From contig OZ316898.1 in NCBI GenBank assembly GCA_973895155.1, positions 12,427,659 through 12,491,658 on the forward strand: a stretch of DNA of 64,000 bases, given 5' to 3'. Positions 14,457 to 27,371 of the stretch are shown here, piece by piece. How positions within the stretch are numbered: the first letter of the stretch is position 1; each line of letters starts with the position of its first letter. The notes under the pieces were generated by a model. That model saw only the letters and a program-made list of their open reading frames with translations, was not told where the DNA came from and ran no database searches. This stretch comes from Marsupella aquatica (lineage: Eukaryota; Plantae; Marchantiophyta). Both the position numbers and the translations under genes were made by a program.

Positions 14457-17428
14457 GGTTTCTCTTTGGCCCCTGGTTAGCTACTTTGGGAGCCTATTTC
14501 AACCCTCTCTCCCTCCTGGTACTGGTCTCTGTCCACCACCTATTGGAACCCTTTATTGTCCCCCTGTGACTACCCTACAGAGGTGCATGCTCCAAAATAG
14601 GTTTATACTGTGTTGCGTGGGCAGTTGGATGAGGCTTTTGTTTCAAGGCAAAAGAAAAATTCTGACACTAATGAGTTTTTTTGGCCCTTTTGCCTTTGGA
14701 TACATACTTTGGCTTGATCTTGGTCAAGTCAAGGACAACCATTGATTTTCTTGACAAAAATAAGAAATGATTGTTTCATAATTGCACAACCTCTTCATTC
14801 CCACTCTAATCATGTAGCTTTATAAGCACTGGGCTACTCATCTGGAGGAATAATTTAAGTATAGCAGAATTTAGGCTTTTGAAATTTTGGGGGAGCAAAG
14901 CTTTGTGGACAACTTTAATGACAGGCGTGCATGGAATCTGGCTCTTGAGACCACTGGGCAAGATGATAAATAGTGGGAGTTCCAGGCTGGAGGTCAAGGG
15001 TTCAAACCTTGATGGCACACAAGCCAAACCTTTTCACACACTCCACCCCAAAGTGGAGTAGACTTGCCTCTCTTGGTCTTTTACAAAACCAAGTGAAGGG
15101 CTTGGGGCAACCGTGGGTTGGGACGACCATGGAGTTTTTTGGGCTTATTAATATAGTCTTGAATTGAGGTCATTGGGCTAGGATGGCCAAAGAGTATTTG
15201 AGGCTTAGTTATTACTTTCATCCTGAATTGAGGTCCCTGGCTTAGTTTGTGCACGTGTCAAACCAATGATGAGGAGGAAGCTAGACTAAGGGCATCTAGT
15301 ACAACACTGAAAGGTCCAACTCAACTCTCACAATATGCAGAAGGCACTTTATTTAGCTCCTTTTATCCTTGAGTACAGGACTCCCACACCTGGCCGAAGT
15401 GGACCACAACAAGCTAATCAAAGGAAAAGGGACTACACACAGGTAGGGTGGAATTGACATGCTTAATGACCATCACTACCCACAATCCAGGGGTACTCAC
15501 TTATTCTCTTCCAAACCATCATGTGTACGTATAGAGTTTTATTCTTGCACGTAATCACATATCAAAATGTGTAAATATATGATGTGTCATTTAAAAAAAA
15601 TAACAAGGTTTATCATAGTATAAACATATGTAACACACAATATATATCATATACTGATGTGCAGTACGGATACCTGAGTTTTATTGTTGGGTTCAATGGA
15701 AAACCTAAATTCTTTTGTGGAAAAACATTAGGAGTCTCTTAATCCAATTTTGAGTATTTTTAGTAAAGATAGGGTTTTTAAAACCAAAGTTTGGATTGTG
15801 TTTATGAAATAAAATAAAGGTATATTTTCAACAAAAAAAAATTGAATATTCTAAGATGTTTTAAAAAATCCAGAGTTAAAAAAGATCTGGAAAAACTGTT
15901 TTCTTATGTTCCAGGGTATATATTCCCCCAAAAATGTTAAGCATGATATGGGACCCCCTTAGTGAGACCCCAGAGCCTACAATCATGCTGTCATCAACTC
16001 CTCCACCCTTACATCTCCATCTAATTTGTGATCCTGATCTCTTGCATGATGAATCTGATGGTGCAAACTCTCCTGTACAATCCAATTTTGAGTTTTCTAT
16101 TGGGGCATTAACTCTCATCTGAGGGTAGGAAGTAAGGAGGGTGTACCTGGCCAAAAACTAGATATAGAAAATCTAGTGCTACTTTGTTAGTGAGGCAGGA
16201 AAAGGACCAATTTTAAAAAAAGGGTTAAAAAGTGTTTCACAAGGGTAGCACCATCAGATCATTACACCATTGCACTGGTACCTTCTTATTTTTTTAGTAT
16301 TTCTTGTTTCTAAGTATTTTTCTCTCAAACGTTTTGTACTCTCTTGTACTTTGGATGGCCCTTTTTAGTAAATTGGTCCTTTTCCGCCTCACTAATAAAG
16401 TAGCCTTTTTTTTACTACCATAGGAATGATGAGGTCTGCGCATGGTGCAGAGAATTGTTAGTAACAATACTATATGAGTAGAGCTCAAAGGTTTTTCAAT
16501 CAGAATTTTTGTGAGCTATCAGTCTGGTTTCTTGTAGTGGTATTGCTATCAAGAGCTTCAGCAGACAGCCTGTTGTGGACGATCTTGCAACCTATTGTAA
16601 ATCTTAGTCTCAAGAAAGGGTAGTATGGATTCACAAGTGGGTAGTGTATCATTAGTGCTCATCTCAGTTGACCAGAGTTCTCTCTCTCGTTCATCAGATC
16701 TCTGCCGTTTTCTTTTTCTGGGCAAGACGCCATTTGGTCAAGATCGAAAGTTCCAAGTTATGTTTGAACGCCTCTGTGATCATTTAGATTTGGTTATCGG
16801 TTTTCAGAAAAGCATTGCCGTAGTAAGCCGAGCTGATTAGTCCCTCCCTTAGATCTTCTTGCATTCCATCACTGTATATTTTCTTTCAATACTTACGTGA
16901 AGGATCACTTGTGTGAGTGTGAATTAGGATGCTGAGAGGGAATACGTATAATTTCTCATCCTCTGCGATGAAGTCAACAAATTGACCCTTTTCGTTCAAA
17001 ATAAATACTTGAGAGATGCTCAGCTCGTATCCCAATTCTTGTCGTGTCCCTTCAGATGTACTCGTTGTTGTGGTAAGAAGGCCTGAGTTGCTTCCATCCA
17101 AAAGCACCAAGATAAGCGAAACAAAGTGTCAGGCGCAACCAAATCATTCCAGGCATTCATATGGCTGAACCAGGAGAGGTCTAATACTTTACAAAAGCAA
17201 AGTACCACCATTCTTTTCAGGACACCGTCTGGTGAGCAAGAACACATACGACGTTTATTCTCAGGTCGGAAGAATTTTGCATCAACGATTCGTGACGCTC
17301 TGCTTCCACATTCACCTATTCTCCTTCCATGGACGAGTCACAGAAGAGACCAGATTTTCCAGAGCCATAAAATAATTCTCTTAAAAAAACTAATTCGTTG
17401 CTACCCTACGTCATAGCAAAGGTCGCTA

Positions 17429-20400
17429 CTATGAAAACTCAGAGAAACGCTGCCTTGCAGAGTCCGAGACTGCCACTTTGAGAGCCTGTTTCACCAGTAC
17501 TTGTTTCTGTTCCCTATCTTGCGTTTCAATTGCTTGTCGATAATACATAAAGGCCAAACAATCTCCAGGTGCAGTTGTGAAACCCTGTACATGGAAAGAA
17601 CACATTGAAAATCTCAGCTGATGGCAGCAACTACGTGTCTGCAAAGGAATGCAAAACGGACTACATGTGAAAACGCATGAACTCATCGAAGGTGTGCATA
17701 GTGCATAGTGTCAACAAAATTGCTCAACTCACCGCACCGGTATGCAGCCATAGAAAGCTAATCTGTAGGTAATGAACAGTTTAAAGGTCTGACATTTTGA
17801 CTAGCCCATCCTTCTGCCTCTGTATTTTGCAGAGCATATAAAGCAACTCATGGAGGTCATTCGATACGTTTAGACCAATTATTGAGAAGGTTTTTTCCTT
17901 CTCGTCTCTGTCACTGATTCTTCAAGCCGGGACTCTCCTAAAGTCGCAAGAGATGGACAAAAGATCCGATGGATAGGGTTTACACTGGAGGCTTCAAAGC
18001 ATACTAAACTTTAAAAGCTCGGGTTGATCAAACTCACAGAGAGACAATAGAGGTGGTGAGGCAATGACGTTGAAGGCAATGACGTTGATTGATTGAGGAC
18101 TCTACAGCATCTACTCGAGTTCCTCAATACAAGGTTGAGGTGCTGAAGATCATAAGATAGATTGGCTCACCTAACAACTGGAGAATGGCAAAGCGTGGCC
18201 TGCAAATTAGGTTTAAATTTTTTTCTCAGCATTCCGCTCTTCATAAACCCATCTCGACTACTGCAGGCAGGAATAATGAGACTCTAGAAAAGACCGGCCA
18301 GAGTGTAATTGGACACTAGGCAGAGTGACAGTCAAATTGCTGCAGTGTGAGACATTCTCCTAATTCACCATGGCGAAGTGCACGATACATGGCCAGTAAC
18401 ACTCTTGTGAGGTGAGCCGCTTCAATCATCGAGATCCAAAGGTGCGAGCCTTGTTGTAATATTCCCTAATTTGTAGTAGAAATATTTTTTCTCAGACGTA
18501 CCTGAGTGAGAAGTTTGTGTCACGGATTGAGAGAACAAAGAGCGTTCACTACCACTACATATCCAGCATGGTAAGGGAAGTGTGGGGCCAGTGAAAGAAC
18601 CCTACTGCCCTTACCAACCTTTGTGTACTTCCTATTTTACATCATTTCAGTTATGGCAAAATTTTGTTCCCCATAATTCATTTGATTCTTGTTCACCTTC
18701 AGAAGAGCACTAGTTAAAGCAACTGTCTGTGACAGGTTGCATGTGCATAATGCCTTCTGTTGAGCTTGCTTGTATCTGTGGTACAAGAAAATATGGATGC
18801 CGCTGACACCAATACTGTTGACTAATTTTAATGCAAAAGAAGGCAGGGTGATATGCCTTGAATATCAGTTATTATTCAATCAAGAATCTGAATTGTTGTC
18901 AGGACAAAAGTTCTTATGGGATGGGAAACTCGAACTTCGGGAGAAGAGAGTCTTACCTGACGACCAGAAGGCCTCCGTTCATGATCTTTGATTGCCCACG
19001 CTAATTTCTGTGCTTCCTCAACATTCCAGGAATTTTCTATTACATATTCCGCTGCTGACTGCATTCAAATTCACAATTAAGATAACCAGTGAGTGAACTC
19101 CATGCTGAGACTCCAGATATCATCTTCATCTGGAGACCCCGTCCCTCGGCTCTTTACGTGCACTACATTACGTAAACACTTGTGTTGAAATAACTTTAAT
19201 ACTAAGGCATCTGAGACACTCGATAAAGTTCATAGTGAGGCTCCGTGTAATGTGTCCTGTTGAAGGACTGATAAGGCAGGTGTAAATCATCAAAGCCTGT
19301 ATGCAATGCGTGTGGATTTAACCAGAAGAAGCACTCACCCTGCGCTGGCGAGCCGAGAGGGTTCGCAACGCGTACAGCAAACTTAAGCTAGACTCATCAA
19401 AACATTGCAAAATTTCCAGAGGAGTACCCGACTGGACCAACGATTCATAAACCTGCCAAGGACGAAATGCTCGAACAATCAGTAAGCATGCCGAAGTGAA
19501 TGCAGACCCCTCACCCATAAAGGATGCAACCATTCGTTTAGATCTCATCATATGCAGTTAAGGACAGTGGGCAATCCTTCTCCATCATTGAGATAAGAAA
19601 ACTGTTGAAAAAATCAAAACGATGCGGGATGAACAAGGAGAAAACAAAATCGAAGCCATCCTACGTGTGGTCGTATGCTCATCGTGAATAATTCACCTCT
19701 CATACTGTGCAATTTCCAGTTCCATCTACCCCAATACATTATGGAAACTGATAAAGTCCCCAGAGCATTCTCGTGTAATGAGTTCTAAGCTCTCAAGACT
19801 ATGGATTGCAATCGGTTGAGCCCTTTCAAACAGAGGAGTGTCTCTCGGACGATCAACTCCATCATGCTGCATAATGAATGAAAGTGATGCAACTTTTAAT
19901 TTCTGTATAGTTTCTCAAATTACATGTCACTCTGGGAAATAGACTTTTTCTTGAGAGAGAAGGGAGACCACATCAAATTATGAATGCCCACTTTGATTTT
20001 CCTTCTTAGCCATTCTTTTCAACGATTCTCGAGACACATCTCTCTGTCGACCACATGATGCTTTGTCCATAGTTTCTTTATTGTATCGTGTGCATTTCTC
20101 GTTTTCAAATGACCTTGACATTTATTTCGTTCAGGTGAATCAAATGACAGGCTTTGTAGCAATACAACAAGAACATTGAATGGATGAGCTTACTTGTGCG
20201 GCCACGATGATCTCCAGTTGCATCACGATTGGGACAAAAGTCTGGTTATAGAGATCCTCAGAAGTGACACCCAGTTGCTGCAACTCTTTGACAAGTGCAG
20301 CTCTCTCCTGCCATGATCCTTGCCCAGCTCGCAGCTTCTCTATCAGCAACGCCTTCTTAATTTCTCCACTTTGCCTTTCCTCCTCAGTCTCCTCAAAGTT

Positions 20401-20805
20401 GGGTACGAAAGTGCTGGGAGGAGGCCTGAATTGGCCCAAACCTGGGGGAGAGATATGGCTCCTTGGCGGCCACTCTGGCCCACTTCCCGGGAGCCTACCA
20501 CCGCCTCCTCCCCTGCTTCTTGGAGCTACGGGCCCTCTCCTACTAAACTTACGCCCATGCGACAGCACTCCAGGAAATCCAATACTTGTTGACGTTGATG
20601 ATGACGATGGCGGAAGCTGCACGTACAACAACACCGAGGGGCTCGCCCTAGAGCTCGAATTCCTCGCATTCAGTAGCGCAATCGCAGAAGTAGAGGCGGA
20701 GCTTCTGATGAGCAGTTGCGGGGACGAGGATGAGGACGCCATCATTGTTGTTGTTCGAGGTGATGATAATGTTTCGGAGCACGAGCGCAGAAGCCCGACC
20801 TCCAT
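17429..20805 (-). CDS. RAF1: Rubisco accumulation factor 1-like protein, ~327 aa, plastid transit peptide plus alpha domain. Exons 20805-20194, 19452-19339, 19058-18957, 17584-17429
   Basis: Motifs QFRPPPS, IIVAAQVYESL, LLYALRTLSARQR.AAEYVIE and GFTTAPGDCLAFMYYRQ match the RAF1 N-terminal/alpha domain. The N-terminus is Ser/Arg-rich. Three phase-0 GT-AG introns. Confidence 0.85.
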
Positions 20806-21064
20806 GGCTGAGCAGCTCCTGGCTCGTCTGCTCCTTCTCCGGATTGGGCTCCTGGTCTAATCTAAGCTAATCTCGATCAATGGCCGTCTTTTCAGTTTAC
20901 AGATTCCAGCTGAGGTGTACTGGAGCGAGCTAGCTGACCCACGTCATGAAGTTACAATCATCAGCTTTCAGTGGATGACGAATGATGCGAACATGGGCTA
21001 TGGCCAACAATTCGTTACGAGGTGTTGTGCTAATCTCTCCTCTCCTCTCTCTGTGCTGTGCTCT

Positions 21065-21155
21065 GCTCCTAATGAACAGAATGTTGCTGAAGGACTGATT
21101 GATTGCCTCTGCTTGCTCCTAATGATCAGAATGTTGCTGAAGGACTGATTGATTG
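21065..21155. repeat. Direct repeat of ~41 bp upstream of the RAF1-like gene
   Basis: GCTCCTAATGA(A/T)CAGAATGTTGCTGAAGGACTGATTGATTG occurs twice. Confidence 0.85.
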
Positions 21156-24100
21156 TCCGCAGTTCAGCTCACAACTCCAGAGCTTTGGTGAGGAGAAAGG
21201 CTTTGAAATTTGATTTTGATATTTGGGAATGTTCTCAGCTTGTGATAGGCGAAATTTGTTTTTGATAATTGGGGATGTTCTCAACTTGTGATAGGCCCCC
21301 ACTCATCTTCGTCAGCAACGGCATGAGCAGCACACTGTAGATTAGCTTCTTCTTTTTATGTGCGAAAATTTTCCAGATTTTCTCCCCCCTAAAATGTATT
21401 CGTCAATTTTGGCGAATGTTCACCAGTCTTTTTGGTCTTGGCTTTACAAGTTTTCCACGTAGCAACAGACCCCATTCGCCATAAGCCCAGGGTTCCCCTA
21501 AAATCTGGAAATCTAATGGCCAAGATTAATCTAGAAGAATTAGATAAGAAACATTCTTACAATCTTCTGGTCACCCAGGTGACATTTGCACTCTGGCCCA
21601 AATGGAAAAACCTTAAAGGACTGTAAGGATTCCCAATTTTCAGGTTCTAAAGTTGAGGATGACTATTTCATTCATTTGTGCCCCCAAACCCCTACAAACA
21701 GACTTTTTGGCATGTCATTTTGTGACAGCCTTGGAGGTCAGGATCTCCTCCAACATTCTGGTAATATTTAGGGGAAGGGAAAAAGGGGCAAATGAATACA
21801 TACATGTGACACAACCCTAATAAATGCAGCACTACTTATTTCCTTGGCTCCTGGTTTGCCACTTTAGGACCCTAACTTAACTCTATTGTTGGAGCCCTGA
21901 ATATCTGCAGTATTCCATGCTCAAGAGATGATCCCCTACTGATTGTTGGATACTTTCTCTTCATCACCGCAAAATAAGTGCATTACCTAAGTATGGCAAG
22001 TCCTTCACTTCTACACCCAACTCTCTAATTTCTATGACCCATGATCTAATTAATGGAACCCTCCATAGTATCAGAGCAAAGCCTGTCCTATCCACTACCT
22101 GTGTGGTTTTCAAAAATGTGATTCAACCATGGTAGTGAAAAAGTGGATTGGACTGACACTATTCAAAGGAGGTGGCTGACATGGAAGTGGCCCATCATGC
22201 ACCTCAAAGTATAGGGTTTGCTTAATCATTTTGAAAACCACTGTTACAGATGTTGGTGGAAAGAAAACATTTTCAAATTGAAAAATGTCATGTGTCATCA
22301 TATGATTGGTTCTGTATAACTTCATTTAAAGTGATTAATGGGTTGTTAATTAACCAAACTCGTCAAGTGTGATGCATGGCCCTGCATATAGTGGTCCCCA
22401 ACAAAGGACACTAATTCTAGTAGTTTGGTGAGGTGCATGTTAGGAATTATTGTATTCTTCTTAACCAGTTAGTTTGGCTTTACTAGGGTGAGTTAACCCT
22501 AGATCAGTTTAGGAGTTAGGTTTTTTTTAAGGGGTTTTAATCCAATTTTGAGAATTATAAGAGCTATAAGGGTTCTTAATACAAGTTTTGAGAATATTCT
22601 TAGAATTCCCAAAAGTTAGGGGTTAAAAATAGCAAATTTTAGGGTGTTTATTTATTACTTGAAAACTTGGCACATGATAGAGGACCTCCTTGGAGTGAGG
22701 TCCCAGAGAGAGTGCCCAACCTAACTTTAATTTGTGAAGGCTTGTACTGTGGAAGGCATATGGTCTTAGGGGCGTCACCTGGTTGGACCCCAGTTTTTTA
22801 TGTGCAACAGCTCAGGCATTAACTCCTATAATACACAGTTGCACACACTTGCGTCACTTTTTAGAGTGGTAGTCATTCAAATTTGCAGGCCACAAAAATT
22901 AAAAAATCTGACCACGAGAAGGAATAAAACAAAATTGAATTATATCGAGTGTGAAATAAAGAGTGACACGTTTTCCAAGCAAGAATTAAAGGGAAATTGG
23001 GAATGTCAGGGAATGCCAATACACAATAATCAAGTATTTTATGGACCATCTATGTATAATACTATCCATGCATACCAAGCCCCATGCATAGAAATAGTAT
23101 TCTCCATGCCTAGACATTGTACCCCATTGTAATCTATGTCCTAGGAAGAGTTTAAATGATTATAAATCTACTTCTATAATATGCAATGCCGCCAAAAACC
23201 TCTTTCGTCTGCTTACAAATTCAGAAATGGAGTGAACAAACCTGAGCCGTCAGATTCTTTCAGAGATTTTTTTGTACCCTTGGATTATTGACCATGTATG
23301 TCAAATGATATGCTCATTTTAATAGTAAAATACAAAGTATAAGAGATGATACTGATCTGACATCGTATATGAGAAGATACTTATGTGACATCATCTTAAA
23401 TTTAAGATTAAATGTGTTTTCTTTTTTCAAGAATGAAAGTACACACGAATGGAAGAAGAATCTTTTGGGGCATGAAAAATTTTGGATTTTTGCAGAGCCT
23501 ATGAGACTCTAGAAGGAAGGAGAATGGGTTAATTTTCTCCTTCTTTTTCTTCTATGTATTTAGTTGTAGATTTTTCTGTTTATTTAATGGTGCCAATGTA
23601 AGAAAAAAAGGGAGTGATGGTGTTGCATAGGAGTGTAAAAATAGGAAAAAGGGGGAGAGAAAAAAATAAAATATTCCCCTCCCAATAGTATCAAAGCACC
23701 CGGGGCCATCATCTCTCTTGCACTCACTCTCACCCTCCCTCATCCTTGCTCTCCCCAACAATATAGTTTTCACAACAAAACAACATCTTCTTCCAAAATA
23801 AAATAAAAATGCAAAAGCAAAGTCAACTGTTTTTTACATGTTTTGATTATATTTTTATTTTTTGTTTTATGTTTTATACAAAATGGTCCCAAATTTGTTA
23901 TTCCATCTATACCTCCAACATTCTCATTGAAAATCTTTTCAAAAAATGCATCTTTAATGAAGACCAAGAAGATCAAGATCCCAACATCTTTTCTCCACAA
24001 GACATGTATGCTTGACATGCCCCCTCATCTCTATTAGTCTCGCTTTTGCCCTAATTCTTTTCCAAGTCTGGAGCCCAACTCTTTGCCCCCATTTGCATCT

Positions 24101-24854
24101 TTTGTCCAGTCTTTTGTTCCATCTTTTGTATCATTAACAATAAGGATTTCTTGCCCAACTCTTGCCCATGTACTCTCATTACCCATTTGCACCTTATCCC
24201 ATATTTTTGTGTTGACTTGAATTACATTACTTGATTACATAATTTCATGTGCTATTTTGAACAAGGTCTCCGCATTGACAACACTTTTCACATGAAATGG
24301 GCAAGAAAGAATTATAGAAATCCAATATTTTAGTTTGATCCACCTAAAAACCTCAGCTTTTAATCAATAGTTCTTTACCTTACCTAAATGTATCTTTGCA
24401 ATGCGTTGGCATTGGGCTTGGCAACAACATGGCCGCAAGACCAACATAGCCACAACACCCTCATGGCCAGAGTGACTGCATCATCATAATGACGAGATGG
24501 TCGTAACAACATATGAGATGTTTAAACAACTTTCTTGCCTTGCTTACATTAATTTACATTATCTACATTTCTTTGGCTCACTTGCATCTTTTTGCATTTC
24601 TTTGCCTCGAGTCAAAATGTTCACATCACCCCAAATCTTTGCCTCAATGCAATGTACATTTAAACATGCCTTGACATTTTTGTCTTCTTTTGCCTTGACA
24701 TTTTTTGCTCACCGTGGCATCTTTTGTTCACCTTGGCATAGTTTTCTCTCCTTGAAATCTTCATCTTCATGATGTTTGCCATATCCCATTATCAATGTTG
24801 ACATTTGTGCCTCACTTAAACATCTTTTGCTCATCTCAACATTTTCTTCTTTGT

Positions 24855-25252
24855 TGAACATCTTTTTATCACTCGACATCCTTTTATCACCTCAACATCT
24901 TTTTATCACTTCGACATCTGCTTATCACTCAACACCTTTTTATCACTTGACACCCTTTTATCAGCTCGACATCTTTTTCTCACTTCGACATTCTCTTATC
25001 ACTCGACATCTTTTTATCACCTCAACATATTTTTATCACTCGACATCTTTTTATCACTTCGACATCCACTTATCACTCAACATTATTTTATCACCTCAAC
25101 ATCTTTTTATCACCTCGACATCTTTTTATCACCTCGACATCTTTTTATCACTTCGAGATGACTTATCACGCGACATCTTTTTATCACCTCAACATTTTTT
25201 ATCATTCAACATCTTTTTATCACCTCAACATCTTTTATCACCTTGACATCTT
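24855..25252. repeat. Minisatellite, ~18-19-bp unit CATCTTTTTATCAC(C)TCGA
   Basis: About 20 degenerate tandem copies run directly into the first Helitron hairpin. Confidence 0.9.
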
Positions 25253-25459
25253 TCGTGCAACGCACGGGCATAGGGCTAGTATTACATAATGTAATAGAAA
25301 AGATCAAACCAAAAAATAGTACAAAAGGCCTAAAAGGGGGGGGGGGGGTTAAGGTTTTCAAGGAATTACAAAATGAAAAATACAAAGACAAAAATCGTTC
25401 TTGACTGGTGATACTTTGTGGTTGTTGTTACTCATTTTTTGCGCCCTTTTTGCGCAAGA

Positions 25460-26220
25460 TTTTTTTCTTAAGAACATCTTGGGCGACACCACATCTTTTT
25501 TTCTTAACGGCATCTTGGGTGACACCACATCTTTTTTCTTAAACAACAACATCTTGGGCGACACAACATTTGTTTTTCTTAATGACATCTTAGATGACAT
25601 GACATCTTTTTTCTTAATAACATCTTGAATGGGAGACATGACATCTGTTGTTCTCAACGACTTCTTGGCCAACACGACATCTTTTGTTATCATCGGCATC
25701 TTGGCCAACACGACATCTTTTGTTCTCACATCTTGGGCGACACAACATCTTTCTTCTCAACGACCTCTTGGCCGATACGACATCTTTATTCTCAACTGTT
25801 AGGTATTGTTTTTAGTCTTGTGACTCATGAGCTAACCACAGTTAGGTTAACTCGGGTTAGGACTTAGCTAATGTTAGCGATAGTGCTGTTGTGTATATAG
25901 CCAGGGTTGGTGCCAGACCCTGGGGGAACTCAAGGTCATTGTTACCGAGCTAGTTGAGAGATAGGGAGAGCTTGCGCTGTGGATGCTTGGTATGGCCGGT
26001 CGGCCTAGAGTGCAGTAAAGCTCTTGTGTGTTCCCGTGGACGTAGTCTCATGTGGAGGTGAACCACGTATCTCTCTGTGTTGACTCTTGTGCGTTGGATG
26101 GTTCATGGGCTTGTCGTTGCGATAGTCGTCTTTGCTCAACATCAATAACCTCTTGGCCGACACGACCTCTTTTGTTCTCAACAACATCAGGAACAACATC
26201 TTGGCTGTCACGACATCTTT
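25460..26220. repeat. Minisatellite, ~33-36-bp unit CATCTTGGGCGACACCACATCTTTTTTCTTAA, interrupted by a solo LTR
   Basis: Degenerate tandem copies at 25460-25796 resume at 26142-26220. Confidence 0.85.
25797..26141 (+). mobile_element. Solo LTR (Ty1/copia-like), 345 bp, nested in the Helitron minisatellite
   Basis: TGTT...AACA termini. Flanks are TCAAC and TCAAT (4/5 TSD match). Same family as 14114-14456. Confidence 0.85.
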
Positions 26221-26913
26221 TGTGCAACGCACGGGTATTGAGCTAGTAGGCTCATAAAATTGAGATTGTGATGGCATAATTGCTAGGAGGTTAGAATTAG
26301 TGTCTCTCCACAGGGCAATTCTGGTGAAAGCAAATAGCAGGATACACTCAATCATGATTAGTGTTACCTAAATGAATAAAAATTATGCAATCTAATAATT
26401 GTTAATCCACAGCCTTTGCCATTTGGCAGCTGAAAGCCCAAACCAATGAGAACGAAAGGGGGGGGAGGGGGTAGGCGGAAGTCATCATCCCTACTAATGC
26501 ATATGTACACCCTTCAATCAATGTAAACCTGGGGGAGTAAGCGAAAGTCTCCTATTACAGTTATTGCAACCCCCTCACTCCCTGTAAAAGCCCCAATCAA
26601 ATTGGCTCAAACACTAGGCTCAAACACTCCCGGCTCATGGAACCATTTTATATATGAAACCTATTTCCCGATTACTCTTCACCCACAGAAAACTGCGCCT
26701 CCCATGACCTGCAGTTCTCTTCATTTTACTTAAGTTTTTGCAAAAAGGTTACATTCAATCAATGCGATCATAAGTGTAAATCTTCACGTTGGTTCATACA
26801 TCCTGGGGTGAGAAATTACCAGAGACAGAACTTCAGCAATGTGTTACAATTGAGACGCACTCCAGGGCACAAAAAATTTTTAACCCCACAGCTCAAGATC
26901 ATGGCCAATCTTG

Positions 26914-27278
26914 CAGGACTTCGTTTAGATTGGTTGTAAATTGCTTATAAAGATTATTTCAATTTCATTCCCTGAATGTACTATCAAGTCTAAACTGACT
27001 GACTGTTAATTATCAGCTCCTCGTCTGGCTTTGGACCTCAACAATAGTTTGGGGTGTCACAGGTTGTGGAGACTCACATTCTCGAAAATCCACTACACTA
27101 TGCACAACCTCATTGTCGGAGACTTTTGAGTTCCCCATTTGCCTTTCGAGTGATTCATTACGAGAGCTGTCATGCTGCCAGATAACTAGCAGAGAGCTTC
27201 TGGTAGACACAGACTCCTTGGAAATCAACCAGGTGCCGATAGACCCTAGCCCATGGTCGGTTGCTGTTGTTGTTGTCA
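26914..27278 (-). pseudogene. Tandem duplicate of the last ~85 codons and proximal 3' UTR of the CHX gene
   Basis: Near-identical to 27277-27646 (offset ~360 bp). It encodes ...ISKESVSTRSSLLVIWQHDSSRNESLERQ...VQSQTRS*. Confidence 0.92.
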
Positions 27279-27371
27279 GGACTTCGTCTGGTTGTAAATA
27301 GCTTATAAATTTTATTTCAATTTCATTTTTCTGAATGTACTGTCAAGTCTAAAGTTACTGACTCTCAATTA

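Larger units (their letters stand above)
23167..26246 (+). mobile_element. Non-autonomous Helitron with two tandem 3' termini (25279 and 26246) and internal minisatellites
   Basis: Candidate 5' end A|TCTACTTCTATAATA at 23167. Two 3' ends carry the hairpin (C/T)GTGCAACGCACGGG followed by CTAG|T (25276-25279 and 26243-26246). The 5' boundary is less certain than the 3' ends. Confidence 0.7.

Noticed and set aside
14950-15020. tRNA or SINE-like segment with a B box (GGTTCAAACC)
   Set aside because: No clear A box, cloverleaf, tail or TSD.
20264-20860. 198-aa plus-strand ORF
   Set aside because: Antisense shadow of the GC-rich first exon of the RAF1-like gene.
24776-25867. ORFs of 75-156 aa with repetitive peptides
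   Set aside because: They are translations of the minisatellites.
14114-26141. A single 12-kb LTR retrotransposon that captured the RAF1-like gene
   Set aside because: Each LTR has its own TSD, the LTRs are diverged, and no PBS, PPT or gag-pol is visible between them.
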